Assembly (NCBI GenBank): GCA_903915775.1
Contig: CAIWUD010000043.1
Span: forward strand, 1-44,145
Length of the DNA stretch: 44,145 nucleotides
DNA from: an uncultured Chloroflexota bacterium
GTDB lineage: Bacteria; Chloroflexota; Chloroflexia; Chloroflexales; Chloroflexaceae
Direction: 5' to 3'
A program made the position numbers and the translations under genes. Each line of letters starts with the position of its first letter. Positions within the stretch are counted from its first letter, which is position 1. Below, piece by piece: positions 27,195 to 38,127 of the stretch. The notes beneath the pieces are model-generated. The model did no database searches and was not told the origin of the DNA. It worked only from the letters and a program-made list of their open reading frames with translations.

Positions 27195-28022
27195 CTACAC
27201 TGTCGGAACCGTTGCGTCGTCGAGTGGTACACGGAGCAGATCGGCCAACATTGTGCGCAGACGCGCCTCGGTGAGATAGCTCACCAGACGTCCATCCTGC
27301 ACGAGTGAGATAGCTCCCGTCTCCTCCGAAACGACCACCGCGAGTGCGTCGCTCTGTTCGCTGATACCCTTGGCGGCGCGGTGGCGTGTGCCATAGCGGC
27401 GTGGGCCGATCACATCTTCGCTGAGTGGCAAGACCACGTTGGCCGCCAGGATACGGTTACCACGCACGATCACGGCCATGTCGTGGAGCGGAGAGTTGGG
27501 ATAGAAGATATTTAAGAGCAGCGGCATCGAGATACGTGAGTCGAGCAGCACGCCACGGTCGGCGTACTCCTGGAGTTGGCTTGAGCGCTCGATGACCATC
27601 AGTGCGCCAATATTTTGCTGTGAAAGTTGCTGAGCCGCACGGGCAATGGTATTGATGGTATCGACCAACTCCGAGCGGTTGAGCCCGGCAAGCGGACGGC
27701 TGAGGAGCTCTGATGAGCGCCCCAAGGTCTCAAGGGCACGGCGGAGCTCTGGCTGGAAGAGCACCGGTACCCCGACGATCAGCGTTGGGGCGATAATCGT
27801 ACTGAGCAGCCAGGAGAGTGTCGTGAGCTGATCACGAGCCACCGTACCCACGAAGATCGCGAGGGCGAGGAGGATACCAACACCGCGTAGCAACTGCACG
27901 GCACGGGTGCCACGGATAACCCCGAGCAGCCAGTAGCAGAGAGCTGCAACAATCAGGATATCCAGGATCGCGAAGGGCGAAGTGAGTGGATTGAGACGCG
28001 CCCAGATACGGGTGAGATCCAT
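27195..28022 (-). CDS. cdaA: membrane diadenylate cyclase
   Basis: 3 TM helices, GTRAVQLLRG, FQPELRRALE, GALMVIER, SPLHD(M)A, GTRHRAAKGISE, VVVSEETG. Confidence 0.9.
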   Translation of the reverse strand: MDLTRIWARLNPLTSPFAILDILIVAALCYWLLGVIRGTRAVQLLRGVGILLALAIFVGTVARDQLTTLSWLLSTIIAPTLIVGVPVLFQPELRRALETLGRSSELLSRPLAGLNRSELVDTINTIARAAQQLSQQNIGALMVIERSSQLQEYADRGVLLDSRISMPLLLNIFYPNSPLHDMAVIVRGNRILAANVVLPLSEDVIGPRRYGTRHRAAKGISEQSDALAVVVSEETGAISLVQDGRLVSYLTEARLRTMLADLLRVPLDDATVPTV

Positions 28023-28049
28023 AAGCAGAACGTGGACTATACGGGCGTA

Positions 28050-28183
28050 TGAATTGCTTCATACCGTCGGCACAGATGCCCCCCCTCCCAACCCCCCCCG
28101 CTGGGGGGAGGCTTCCGGCTCCCTCCCCCGTTGGGGGAGGGGTGGGGTGAGGGCAAGAGGTACTAACGTGCTGAAGCAGTACA
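28050..28183. repeat. second palindromic REP/MITE-like element (C/G-tract double hairpin)
   Basis: Imperfect TIRs TGAATTGCTTCA / TGAAGCAGTACA enclosing CCCCCC-GCT-GGGGGG and CCCTCCCCC-GTT-GGGGGAGGG hairpins. Confidence 0.6.
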
Positions 28184-28202
28184 GGGCTACACTATCCCTT
28201 AC

Positions 28203-28231
28203 AGCGTACAATCCTCAGGCCCCTCTGTCAA
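28203..28231 (-). promoter_or_regulatory. sigma70-type promoter upstream of cdaA
   Basis: Minus strand TTGACA (28231-28226) N17 TACGCT (28208-28203). Confidence 0.5.
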
Positions 28232-28303
28232 CGGGATTCCCTCCCGTACCTGTTGACACCTCGCGTAGAACCAGGGCAGGTTGTAGGCTGGTCACCCTAC
28301 GCA

Positions 28304-30496
28304 TCAGGGAGCCGGGGTCACCGCATCCAGCAGCAGTTCGGCAACATCACGGCGCCGCAACGTTGCATCGCGCCCGGTGTTCTTTGCCGCATCTTCGAAC
28401 ATGACCATGCAGAAGGGGCAGCTGACCGCCAGCGTCTGGGGCTCGTTCTGGGTCAACTGCTCCAGACGGATGTAGTTGACCTGTTCTTTCCCCCAGCCCT
28501 CCATCCAGACATTCCCCCCGCCACCGCCACAGCACATGGCACGTTCACGGTTTCGCTCCGGTGCCTCAACGAGCTGCAGACCAGGAATAGCCGTCAACAG
28601 CTCCCGAGGTGCGTCGTAGATATCGTTGTAGCGTCCGATATAACAGGGATCGTGGTAAGCGACCTGCTCCTGCAGCGGTGTGACCGGCTTCAGTCGCCCC
28701 TCCGCAACTAGGCTTGCCAGCAACTCCGTATGGTGCACCACCTCATAGCTGGTGCCAGCCCCGCCCCCAAACTGCGGATACTCATTCTTGATCGTGTTGA
28801 AGCAGTGCGGGCAGGTGGTCACCACCTTCTTAAAGGCGTACTGCTTCATCGTCGTAACATTCTGCTGGAGCTGCGACTGGAACAGCAACTCTTCGCCCAT
28901 ACGCCGGGCGGGATCACCGTTACACGTCTCCTCGTCGCCGAGAATGGCGAAGTCTACGCCAGCCTGCTGGAGTAACTGGACAAAGGCTCGGGCAACCCGT
29001 TTGCTCCGCTCGTCGTAGCTAGGTGCACACCCAACCCAGTAGAGTACCTCAGCCTGCTCCTTCTCGGCCATCACTGGCACGTTAAGGCCAGCGCTCCACG
29101 CCGTACGTTCACGCGCCGGTAGACGCCACGGGTTACCCGCACGCTCGATCCCCTCAAGCACCCGCTTGACACCTTGTGGCACCTCGCTCGCGATCATAGT
29201 CAGATGGCGCCGCATCCCAACAATGTCATCAACATGCTCAATCATGGCCGGACACTCGTGCACGCAGGCGTAGCAGGTGGTACAACTCCAGAGTTCGTTC
29301 TCGGTGAAGAGTTGCCCATAGAGGGGGATCGTCTCCACATCCGATGGAGCCTGACGCCCCTCAGCAGGAGTGGCCGCCGCGAGATTAGCCACGAGCTTGA
29401 CCGTTCCATCCTTGAACTGGATCGGTTTCTGGTGGACCAGATCGTGTAGCTTCGTGATAAGGAACTTCGGAGAGAGATCCGACCCCGAGGCGTGGGCTGG
29501 GCAACTCGCCTGACAGCGTCCACAGCGCATACAGGCATCAAGATCCAGCCGATGTTTCCAACTGAGATCACTCAGGGTGGCAATGCCAAGCCGTGGCTCG
29601 TCCTGCTCAATCGCCTGTTCCAGATTAGGAATCGGCTCGATCGAGCCGTTCGGCCCACGATCCTGGAAGAAGATGTTTAACGGCACGTAGAAGATATGCC
29701 GAAACTTACTGAAGGGGAGCGTCGCAATGAAGGCCCCGGTAGCAGCAGCGTGGGTAAACCAGAGCAGTTGATGGAGGCCGAGGGCGATCGGATTCCCATC
29801 GCCGAGACCAACGGCACGAAAGAGCGTGGCGAGGGCGAAACCAATAAAGGAGAGGCGTGCCCATGGTTGAGCATAGACGACAGCAGAGCTCACGAGGGCG
29901 CCATTTGCGTCATGGGCTGCAATCACCTGGTTCGCGATGCGTAACCCCTCGACGAGAAAGCCACCGATACCCAGGAAGAGCATGGTGCCTAACACCCAGG
30001 CGTCAGTGCGCCGACTGTCCAGACGAGCATCGCGTACCCGGTAGCGTCGCCAAGCGGCCCAGACGAGACCGGCCACAAAAACGAGCCCTAGGGTATCCAT
30101 GATCAACTCGTAGCTCTGGTAGAAGCCGCCTACCAGGATTTTGCCGGCATCCTCACCCATCAGCGGGAGCGTAAAATCCTCCTCGACCGCGATGATATCC
30201 GTACCAATGAAGAGGGCAAGAAAGCCAAAGAAGATGAGGGCGTGCATGGTACCAGGGCGCCGATCGCGTAACACCTTCTTCTGGCCAAACACCTGAGCCA
30301 GCAACTCAAGGAGACGGGCAGGGATCTGATCGATACGCGCGTTAGGTCGCCCCTTACGCCACAGCGCAATATCGCGCAGGATGCCCCAGGTCATGACCAC
30401 GGTGGTTGCTAGGACCAGCGTGTAGAGGAAGAGTGAACCTGCAGGCTGCGGGATGTTCCAGTAGATTTCGCGAATGGCGACAATCTGCTCCTCCAT
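28304..30496 (-). CDS. membrane Fe-S oxidoreductase, heterodisulfide-reductase-related (FadF-like)
   Basis: TM domain with heme-type His (MHALIF, LHQ..FTH, KFRH), CMRCGRCQASCP, CTTCYACVHECP, two CCG-type domains (ETCNG, AMCCGGGGG). Confidence 0.88.
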   Translation of the reverse strand: MEEQIVAIREIYWNIPQPAGSLFLYTLVLATTVVMTWGILRDIALWRKGRPNARIDQIPARLLELLAQVFGQKKVLRDRRPGTMHALIFFGFLALFIGTDIIAVEEDFTLPLMGEDAGKILVGGFYQSYELIMDTLGLVFVAGLVWAAWRRYRVRDARLDSRRTDAWVLGTMLFLGIGGFLVEGLRIANQVIAAHDANGALVSSAVVYAQPWARLSFIGFALATLFRAVGLGDGNPIALGLHQLLWFTHAAATGAFIATLPFSKFRHIFYVPLNIFFQDRGPNGSIEPIPNLEQAIEQDEPRLGIATLSDLSWKHRLDLDACMRCGRCQASCPAHASGSDLSPKFLITKLHDLVHQKPIQFKDGTVKLVANLAAATPAEGRQAPSDVETIPLYGQLFTENELWSCTTCYACVHECPAMIEHVDDIVGMRRHLTMIASEVPQGVKRVLEGIERAGNPWRLPARERTAWSAGLNVPVMAEKEQAEVLYWVGCAPSYDERSKRVARAFVQLLQQAGVDFAILGDEETCNGDPARRMGEELLFQSQLQQNVTTMKQYAFKKVVTTCPHCFNTIKNEYPQFGGGAGTSYEVVHHTELLASLVAEGRLKPVTPLQEQVAYHDPCYIGRYNDIYDAPRELLTAIPGLQLVEAPERNRERAMCCGGGGGNVWMEGWGKEQVNYIRLEQLTQNEPQTLAVSCPFCMVMFEDAAKNTGRDATLRRRDVAELLLDAVTPAP

Positions 30497-30643
30497 ACGT
30501 CAGCCTCATCTTTCTGGTAGAATCGTTTACATAGTTCAAATCTTTTGCATATCATACCATATACGAGCGAGTGGATGTCGGGGTATGCCTCAACATCCAC
30601 TCGCTCACTCCATGGAAGCCCTTCGCGAACCAACCCAATATCG

Positions 30644-31849
30644 TCACCGACCCAACGGTGGAGCGCAGATGATCGCCACCGGTTTGCCAACGCTCTGCGT
30701 CAGCACGACAACCAGTGGGCGTCCAGTGGCTTGGCTCAGCTGCCGGGCCAACTGATCACTATCGAGGGGGGATCCACGCTTCTTCACCGTGATCGGACCG
30801 GCCTCCAACTCGCGTAGCACAGCCCGTAGCCGCTTCAGGCCAAACGGGAGCCACGTTAACACCGGCCAGACACGCACAAAGGGGCTGGTCGTTGGCTCTG
30901 GTGCAGTCAGGTAGGCGATCTGGGGATCGAGTTGGGCGGCGTCCAGCATGTGCGCAAGGTCGCGCACCAGACCTGCACGGATCACCGCCGGGTCGGGCTC
31001 ATAGAGAAATGCGGCGGGCGGTCTGGTACGCGCCACTCGTTCGACAGGTTGTGTAGCCGAAACCAAGGTGTCGGTCGTTACCCGCCCATCGGGATGGGTG
31101 CGCAGCAGGGTTGCACGGCGCGAAGTGGTTGCCAATGGTCCACACCAGAGTGCTGCTTCTTTTAAGTCTCCATTGAGCGAGACAAACTCTAATTCGGCGT
31201 CGGCTGGCAACAGTTCGGGATCGATCCCCGGCGCCAGCTTGAGCGCCAGGGCCGGTGTCGTCAGGCACCAGCCCAGCACATGGCTGAGGGGTGGCTCGTA
31301 GGCTTCGGGGCTAAAACGGCGCTCTCCCCCGCGTCGCCGACCGGGATCACAGAAGAGCAGGTGGGCCGAAGGGGGGGGCTCAACGAGGAGATCGCGGCAG
31401 AGTAAGGTCACCTGCTGCTCTAGGCCGAGCGCCTGCAGATTTGCTTGGCAGATCGCCAGGCGCAGGGGATCACGATCGACCGCTGTCACCTGAGCACCAG
31501 CCAGAGCAGATGCGATTGTATCGCCACCAATGCCACAGCCAAGATCGGCAACTGCTCGATCGTAGGTGACCAGACGCGCTGCGCGATGGGCAGCCACAGG
31601 GGCGGCACTTGCCTGCTCCAGGGCTTCACGAATGAAGAAGAGGCGCTCGGCGTGGGGAAACTTTGCCGCGGCCCGGCGACGCAACAGCGTCAACTCAAGG
31701 GCAGCCGCGGCAAACGCAGGAGGGAAGCGACGGCGGAGCCGCTCCAACTCGGGTAGCAGGTCAGTCTCGGCAAGTGGGTGGTGGGCAAGCTCTGCCAGGA
31801 GGGTGGTACCAGCGGGTGAGCAGAGCCATGAGAAGGTGGCGAGGTCCAA
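30644..31849 (-). CDS. class I SAM-dependent methyltransferase with THUMP-like C-terminus
   Basis: ALEQAS, ADLGCGIGGD, FCDPGRR, LYEPDPAVIRAGLV, TVKKRG; TTG start inferred because the ORF-track extension runs through a MITE. Confidence 0.8.
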   Translation of the reverse strand: MDLATFSWLCSPAGTTLLAELAHHPLAETDLLPELERLRRRFPPAFAAAALELTLLRRRAAAKFPHAERLFFIREALEQASAAPVAAHRAARLVTYDRAVADLGCGIGGDTIASALAGAQVTAVDRDPLRLAICQANLQALGLEQQVTLLCRDLLVEPPPSAHLLFCDPGRRRGGERRFSPEAYEPPLSHVLGWCLTTPALALKLAPGIDPELLPADAELEFVSLNGDLKEAALWCGPLATTSRRATLLRTHPDGRVTTDTLVSATQPVERVARTRPPAAFLYEPDPAVIRAGLVRDLAHMLDAAQLDPQIAYLTAPEPTTSPFVRVWPVLTWLPFGLKRLRAVLRELEAGPITVKKRGSPLDSDQLARQLSQATGRPLVVVLTQSVGKPVAIICAPPLGR

Positions 31850-31937
31850 AGCGTGACTCAAATCAGCGTGGTAATGACACAGGAGGTGTGGTGGGCGAAG
31901 CCTACCACACCTCCCTGCCTTGTGCACAAACCTTCCC
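31850..31937 (+). mobile_element. MITE-like element, short copy filling the oppF-methyltransferase gap
   Basis: AGCGTGACTCAAATCAGCGTG..GGAGGTGTGGTGGGC-GAA-GCCTACCACACCTCC..AAACCTTCCC; last C is part of the oppF TAG. Confidence 0.6.
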
Positions 31938-33040
31938 TAGTCGGCGGCACCCTTCACCTTGACCACATCAGCGTGGATGCGCGCAGCAGCGGCATCAGCC
32001 TGCTTCTTCGCGACTGCCGGCATCAGTTCACCTGCTTCCTGAGCGCGCCAGCACGCGGCGAAGTGACCACCGCCGTAGTCAACAAAAGGTGGTTCCTCCT
32101 GCTTACACTTCTCAATTGCGAGGGGGCAACGCGTATGGAAGTGGCAGCCTGAGGGCGGGTTGAGTGGGCTAGGCACATCACCCTCAAGGATGATCCGCCG
32201 GCGCTGCCTCTCCACCTTAGGATCGGGGATGGGCACCGCCGACAGGAGTGCCTGTGAGTAGGGATGGAGGGGCATGCTATAGAGCTTCGGCCCTTCGGCA
32301 AGCTCAACGATCTTCCCCAGGTACATCACCGCGACGCGGTCGGAGATATGCTTCACCACGCTGAGGTCGTGAGCAATGAAGAGGTAGGTCAGCCCAAGCT
32401 TATCCTGGAGCTCTTCAAGCAGGTTAACGACCTGAGCCTGAATGGAGACATCGAGCGCCGAGACCGGCTCATCGCAGACCACGAACTTGGGTTCGACGGC
32501 GAGAGCGCGAGCGATGCCAATACGCTGGCGCTGACCACCCGAGAACTCGTGGGGGTAGCGGTTGGCGAAGGCCGGGTTCAGACCCACCAGACCGAGGAGT
32601 TCCTCCACGCGGTCGCGAACGGCTCTCCCTTCACGCAGCTTATGCACGCGGATCGGCTCGCCAATAATGTCACCGACCGTCATACGCGGATTGAGCGAAG
32701 CGTAGGGATCCTGGAAGATCATCTGCACCTGGCGGCGCATCCGACGCATCTCATCACCGCGCAGCTTAGTCAGATCCGAGCCCTGGAAGCGTACCGAGCC
32801 TGCCGTAGGACGGTAGAGTTGGAGGATAGCCCGACCAGTTGTACTCTTACCACAACCAGACTCCCCGACCAGACCGAGGGTTTCACCCTTTTTGATCGAA
32901 AAGCTGATCCCGTCAACCGCCTTAACGGTACCAACACGGCGCTGGAAGACGATCCCTCGTGTCACGGGAAAGTGCATCGTGAGATCTTGGACCTCGATCA
33001 GATGCTCTTCACCACCACCATTGGATTCTGTTGTGCTCAT
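31937..33040 (-). CDS. oppF: oligopeptide/dipeptide ABC ATPase
   Basis: [60 protein letters not shown]; ATG 33040. Confidence 0.9.
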   Translation of the reverse strand: MSTTESNGGGEEHLIEVQDLTMHFPVTRGIVFQRRVGTVKAVDGISFSIKKGETLGLVGESGCGKSTTGRAILQLYRPTAGSVRFQGSDLTKLRGDEMRRMRRQVQMIFQDPYASLNPRMTVGDIIGEPIRVHKLREGRAVRDRVEELLGLVGLNPAFANRYPHEFSGGQRQRIGIARALAVEPKFVVCDEPVSALDVSIQAQVVNLLEELQDKLGLTYLFIAHDLSVVKHISDRVAVMYLGKIVELAEGPKLYSMPLHPYSQALLSAVPIPDPKVERQRRRIILEGDVPSPLNPPSGCHFHTRCPLAIEKCKQEEPPFVDYGGGHFAACWRAQEAGELMPAVAKKQADAAAARIHADVVKVKGAAD

Positions 33041-33146
33041 AGTGCAATTCTCTGCCGCTACCCGCGGTGGGAAAAAGATGGCGAGAAGGGCGCTACCCTC
33101 CAAGTTTCCAACCAGAGTGCCAAGCCGATGTAAGCCATGTCCGACG

Positions 33147-34163
<1,017 letters not shown>

Positions 34164-34273
34164 GAACACCTCGATGTAGGGGGGATAATGCGCTGAGAAG
34201 ATAACTCCGACACCATTGTCGATGTATATAGGTGTTGCATAGGGGGACACGGGGGGGTTACCGCAGTAGAGAG

Positions 34274-34327
34274 ATGTTACCATGCACGACACGTGATGTC
34301 AACTAATGCCATGGAGTGCGCTATAAT
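34274..34327. promoter_or_regulatory. divergent promoters for oppDF and yebC
   Basis: Minus: TTGACA (34302-34297) N17 TG-extended TAACAT (34279-34274); plus: TATAAT at 34322-34327. Confidence 0.6.
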
Positions 34328-34365
34328 AAGGAGAGCAACGACCCGGCAACGAGGAGGTTTGTACT

Positions 34366-35121
34366 ATGTCCGGCCACTCTAAATGGCACACCATTCGGCG
34401 CTCAAAGGGGGTCGCCGATCAGCGTCGCGGCCAACTCTTCACCAAGTTAGCGAAAGATATTACCCTTGCGGTGCGTGAGGGCGGTAGCGGCGATCCGGAG
34501 ATGAACTTCCGGCTGCGTCTGGCTGTTGATAAAGCCAAATCGAACAACATGCCGAATGATAGCATTCAGCGCTCGATCGAACGCGGCCTGGGCAAGGGGA
34601 ACGAGGCAGCCCTGGAGGAGGTCTACTACGAGGGCTATGCGCCAGGCGGAATCGCCATTCTAATCGAAACCGCTACCGATAACCGTAACCGTACCAACTC
34701 CGACGTTCGTGCCGCGATGAACAAAGCTGGAGGTAACCCCGGTGAGCCGGGATCTGTCAGTTGGATGTTCGAACTGAAGGGGTTGATTACCGTTGATCTC
34801 GCCGGTACCAGTCTCGATCCTGATGAGGTGCAACTCGTCGCTATTGATGCAGGCGCTGATGATGTTGAGGTTGATGGGAGTACGCTCGAGATCTACTGTG
34901 CGTGGACACAGCTCAACAGTGTACGCCAGAGCTTGCTCGATCAGCAGATCCCGATCACTGGTGCAGAGAAGACCATGCGCCCCAAGACGGTCGTTCAGCC
35001 TGAGGAGAAGGAAGCCCTGTCCGTGCTGCGCCTGATCGAGAAACTCGAGGATCTGGACGATGTCCAGAAGGTCTACTCAAACCTCGATCTCACGGATGAA
35101 GTCGCTGCACGCCTGGCGTAG
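34366..35121 (+). CDS. yebC: YebC/PmpR family protein
   Basis: [44 protein letters not shown]. Confidence 0.95.
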   Translation: MSGHSKWHTIRRSKGVADQRRGQLFTKLAKDITLAVREGGSGDPEMNFRLRLAVDKAKSNNMPNDSIQRSIERGLGKGNEAALEEVYYEGYAPGGIAILIETATDNRNRTNSDVRAAMNKAGGNPGEPGSVSWMFELKGLITVDLAGTSLDPDEVQLVAIDAGADDVEVDGSTLEIYCAWTQLNSVRQSLLDQQIPITGAEKTMRPKTVVQPEEKEALSVLRLIEKLEDLDDVQKVYSNLDLTDEVAARLA

Positions 35122-35243
35122 GGAGAGGGATCACCACCCTCCCACCTTCCACTGGGGGCAGAGCGCACTACTCAGACACGAACCTTACCCAGCCTTGGTA
35201 TTGCCAGACGGTAACGTCGGCACAGCCGAAATCGAACCATCCC
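35121..35243 (+). mobile_element. MITE-like element (subfamily A), degenerate left half, between yebC and ruvC
   Basis: ACCCAGCCTTGGTATTGCCAGACGGTAACGTCGGCACAGCCGAAATCGAACCATCCC matches the right arm of the 1173 and 37999 copies. Confidence 0.6.
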
Positions 35244-35254
35244 TTAGGCAAACT

Positions 35255-35752
35255 ATGCGCACTATTGGTATTGATCCTGGCACCGCGATCATGGGCTGGG
35301 GTATTGTCGATCTGAGGGAGGGCCAAGTGAGTCTGGTCGATGCCGGTGTGCTCACCACCGCCGCCAGGAGTAGCCAACCCCTACGTCTGCAGCAACTCTA
35401 CACCGGTCTGAGCGCGCTGTTAGCGCGCTACCGACCTGATAGTGCTGCGGTGGAAGAGCTCTTCTTCGGTAAAAATGTCAATACTGCCATCACAGTCGGA
35501 CAGGCGCGTGGCGTGGCGCTCCTGGCGCTTATTCAAGCTGGACTACCGATCCAGGAGTACAAGCCAACCGTCGTGAAACAGGCCCTTGCCGGATACGGGG
35601 GGGCCGACAAGCGGCAGATGCAAGAGATGGTACGCATCACCCTCGGGTTGAGCAGTGTGCCCAAGCCCGACGATGCGGCTGATGCCCTCGCGATCGCGAT
35701 CTGCCACGCCTATACAGGGCCCGCACTAGACAGAGTGCGCGGTGAAGGGTGA
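35255..35752 (+). CDS. ruvC: Holliday junction resolvase
   Basis: IGIDPG, AVEELFF, VGQARGV, GGADKRQMQEMV, KPDDAADALAIAICH. Confidence 0.95.
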   Translation: MRTIGIDPGTAIMGWGIVDLREGQVSLVDAGVLTTAARSSQPLRLQQLYTGLSALLARYRPDSAAVEELFFGKNVNTAITVGQARGVALLALIQAGLPIQEYKPTVVKQALAGYGGADKRQMQEMVRITLGLSSVPKPDDAADALAIAICHAYTGPALDRVRGEG

Positions 35753-35776
35753 TGAGAGTGCCTAGAGGCTCTACCA

Positions 35777-36475
35777 GTGGGCAGTAGACGGCGTCCTGGC
35801 GCCCCTGCCGATCTTGAGGAACTACGCCCAGGGCGCTTTGTGCTCCACAATCCTGCTGTAGGGCCAGCCTTACGGGGTGAGGGAGTGCGTGAGGGCGATC
35901 GTTTCACCCTCACCAGCCAGCGTCGTGACGGGCTGCTTGCCCGCCTCCGTGCCCGTGGTTTCAGCGTCATCAGTCTGGCTGATCGTATCGCGGATCTGCC
36001 CGCCCTCCCTGAGGCTCTGCCCACTGGTGCGCTGCACCTGTTGCCCCTGGCTGTCCACGAGCGGGTGAGCGTTTTCCGGGGGGAGCCACCGGCCTGGCAT
36101 CCACTCACCGCCACAGCTACGCCAACTCACGGGGTGATGCTATGCGCTGGTTGGATCATCTGGAAACGCAAAGGCCGTGGCCCTGGCAGTTACTACCTTG
36201 TTGAGCGGGGCGGATTGCGTCCGCTCAGTAGGGATAAGGCACTGCTCCAAGGCTACGCCCAGATTGGGGCGCACACGCACGTCCTGGATGTTGTGCCTAA
36301 CGATCAAGGGGAGATCGCGCTGCCGGATCTCTCCTTACCGCATGATTATGCGATCGTGTTAGGACGTATCGCCACGTACCACGACAACCATTGGCTCATT
36401 GCAGCAACCGACCTACGCCTTGTTGCCATGCTCCTGGGCCGTCTGGGCTACGCACTAGAGTCTACGCGAGTCTAG
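35777..36475 (+). CDS. hypothetical protein
   Basis: 232-aa ORF codirectional with ruvC, fills the gap; no motif recognised. Confidence 0.6.
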   Translation: MGSRRRPGAPADLEELRPGRFVLHNPAVGPALRGEGVREGDRFTLTSQRRDGLLARLRARGFSVISLADRIADLPALPEALPTGALHLLPLAVHERVSVFRGEPPAWHPLTATATPTHGVMLCAGWIIWKRKGRGPGSYYLVERGGLRPLSRDKALLQGYAQIGAHTHVLDVVPNDQGEIALPDLSLPHDYAIVLGRIATYHDNHWLIAATDLRLVAMLLGRLGYALESTRV

Positions 36476-36594
36476 CCTTGTCCGTAGACGTTCACATTTC
36501 CCCCCGGCTGAACCATGGTCGGGTCAGCTTTTTTGTGGAGGGCGCAGCCCTCCACGCCCCCCGTACGCTGGACACGCTTAAGGACAGGACAACC
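36475..36594 (-). mobile_element. MITE-like element (subfamily B) between convergent genes
   Basis: Reverse complement of 36490-36578 closely matches 42612-42699; perfect GTGGAGGGC-GCA-GCCCTCCAC preceded by a T run. Confidence 0.7.
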
Positions 36595-36632
36595 ACAGAG
36601 GGTTGCCCCAACAGGCGGTGCGCAGAAATGCG

Positions 36633-37979
36633 TCAGCGTCCTTCACGCTGCTTGAGTTCAGCGATCAGGCTCTGAATGGCGAGATAGGATGGCCGTGGAC
36701 TCCAGTCAGGATTGAGGATCGCGAACGAGCCCTGCTCATGGTTGGGGTCGAGGCCATTTTCCGCCTTCGTCACCGCAAAGTTCATGTTCCAGAGGAACAG
36801 ATTGCCCACGAAGGGGTAGTTCTCGTAGGTCAGACGGATCGCGCCGGTGATGTAATCGGCCTGCTGTTCAAGCGAAACAAAGTTCCCAAACTCATAGCCC
36901 GGACTAACGTTGGGGGTTGCCCACCCATACTCCGTAATCCAGATCTCCTTATCATCCATCCCATACTCTTCCATCCAGGTACGCACGTTCTCAATATGAC
37001 GGAAGTAGTGGGTTGGGTGGTCGTTCCAGCAGCGATCGGGTGCGGGTTTACAACCAACAATGTAGCTCGGGTTATCGGGCCAGAGCGTATCGGGTGGGTT
37101 TGCCGCACCACCGGGATGAACGGCCTGAATATCGAAGTAGTCGCGCGCTTCGCCGCCGTTGTAGGTATACATGGCCCGGTAGAACTCCTCATCAGAGAGT
37201 GCGATCGAGGGATTCGTCACCCCGCTCGACGAGGATGCGGCTGCGAGTACGAGGGCATCGGGGTCAATCGCCTTAATCCGTGTGTAGGCTAGTTTCAGCA
37301 TCTCCACGTAGCGACCGACATCGGCTGGGGTGATGGTACCACCCGTCTCATGGGCTAGGTTGGGCTCGTTCCAGACCTCGTAGGCGTGGATCTTGCCCTT
37401 GTAGCGCTCCGCGAGCACCGCCATGAAGTTTGCGAAGTCCTCGGGATCGTCGGGTAGGCCATTCGTCGCACTATAGGCTGTAGGTGAACGGACAACATTG
37501 ACCAGGAGCTTGCGCCCGTAGGCATTGACGGTCGCCACAATCGGGTCGATCTCGTCCCAGGCGAAGATCCCCTTATCCGGATCCTCGATGTCGCGCCAGT
37601 AGATCTGCTGACGTACCCAATCGAAGCCAGCATTCTGCGTCAGCTGAAGCACTCGCTCGCGATCGGTGTAGTAGAGGTGGGCCACAACTCCAAAGAGCAG
37701 ATAGTCGGGGTTCAGGTCCGTAGTCGTTGGTGCCTGGGTAGGTTGCACTGGTTGGACGGTAGGCAGAACGGTCGCTACCGCTGGCGGTGTGCTCGTTGGC
37801 GGCACGCTTGTCGGCGGTGCGCTTGTCGGCGGTGCGCTTGTCGGCGGTGCACTCGTCGGCGGTGCACTCGTCGGCGAAGTGGCGGCCGGTGTTCCTGCGC
37901 CACAAGCTGCCAGGAATATTGCCAGAACTATCAGTAGAATGAGGCCGCTCAGTGAGCGGACACGAGTAACCGTTGTCAT
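36633..37979 (-). CDS. GH5-like (clan GH-A) glycoside hydrolase lipoprotein
   Basis: Lipobox FLAAC, PPTSA linker, WVRQQIYW, YEVWNEPN (acid/base), IWITEYGW (nucleophile). Confidence 0.82.
   Translation of the reverse strand: MTTVTRVRSLSGLILLIVLAIFLAACGAGTPAATSPTSAPPTSAPPTSAPPTSAPPTSVPPTSTPPAVATVLPTVQPVQPTQAPTTTDLNPDYLLFGVVAHLYYTDRERVLQLTQNAGFDWVRQQIYWRDIEDPDKGIFAWDEIDPIVATVNAYGRKLLVNVVRSPTAYSATNGLPDDPEDFANFMAVLAERYKGKIHAYEVWNEPNLAHETGGTITPADVGRYVEMLKLAYTRIKAIDPDALVLAAASSSSGVTNPSIALSDEEFYRAMYTYNGGEARDYFDIQAVHPGGAANPPDTLWPDNPSYIVGCKPAPDRCWNDHPTHYFRHIENVRTWMEEYGMDDKEIWITEYGWATPNVSPGYEFGNFVSLEQQADYITGAIRLTYENYPFVGNLFLWNMNFAVTKAENGLDPNHEQGSFAILNPDWSPRPSYLAIQSLIAELKQREGR
37783..37875 (-). repeat. 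15-bp coding tandem repeat (PPTSA, about 6 copies)
   Basis: GGCGGTGC(G/A)CT(T/C)GTC units. Confidence 0.85.
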
Positions 37980-37998
37980 ACTCTTCCTTCCGCTGTTT

Positions 37999-38123
37999 GG
38001 CATGGTTCAGTGTTGGCCGCGCTGATAGTACCGTCTGGCGTGGCCAGGGGTTGAGGATCGCTGGTGGAGGGCTGCGCCCTCCACTCACCCCGTAAGTATG
38101 GCCACGCCGAACTGAAGCACGCC
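37999..38123 (-). mobile_element. MITE-like element, complete (125 bp, subfamily A), one of a tandem pair
   Basis: TIRs GGCATGGTTCA / TGAAGCACGCC; hairpin GTGGAGGGC-TGC-GCCCTCCAC. Confidence 0.72.
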
Positions 38124-38127
38124 TCTT

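Noticed and set aside
30520-30560. Rex or LexA operator in the AT-rich FadF-like promoter
   Set aside because: TTTGAACTATGTAAAC fits neither TTGTGAA-N4-TTCACAA nor GAAC-N4-GTTC adequately.
32264-33133. Long antisense ORFs (also 2276-2866, 4629-5261 alternate frame, 24152-24901, 36603-37292, 39169-39822)
   Set aside because: They overlap well-supported genes and lack motifs; typical shadow ORFs in GC-rich DNA.
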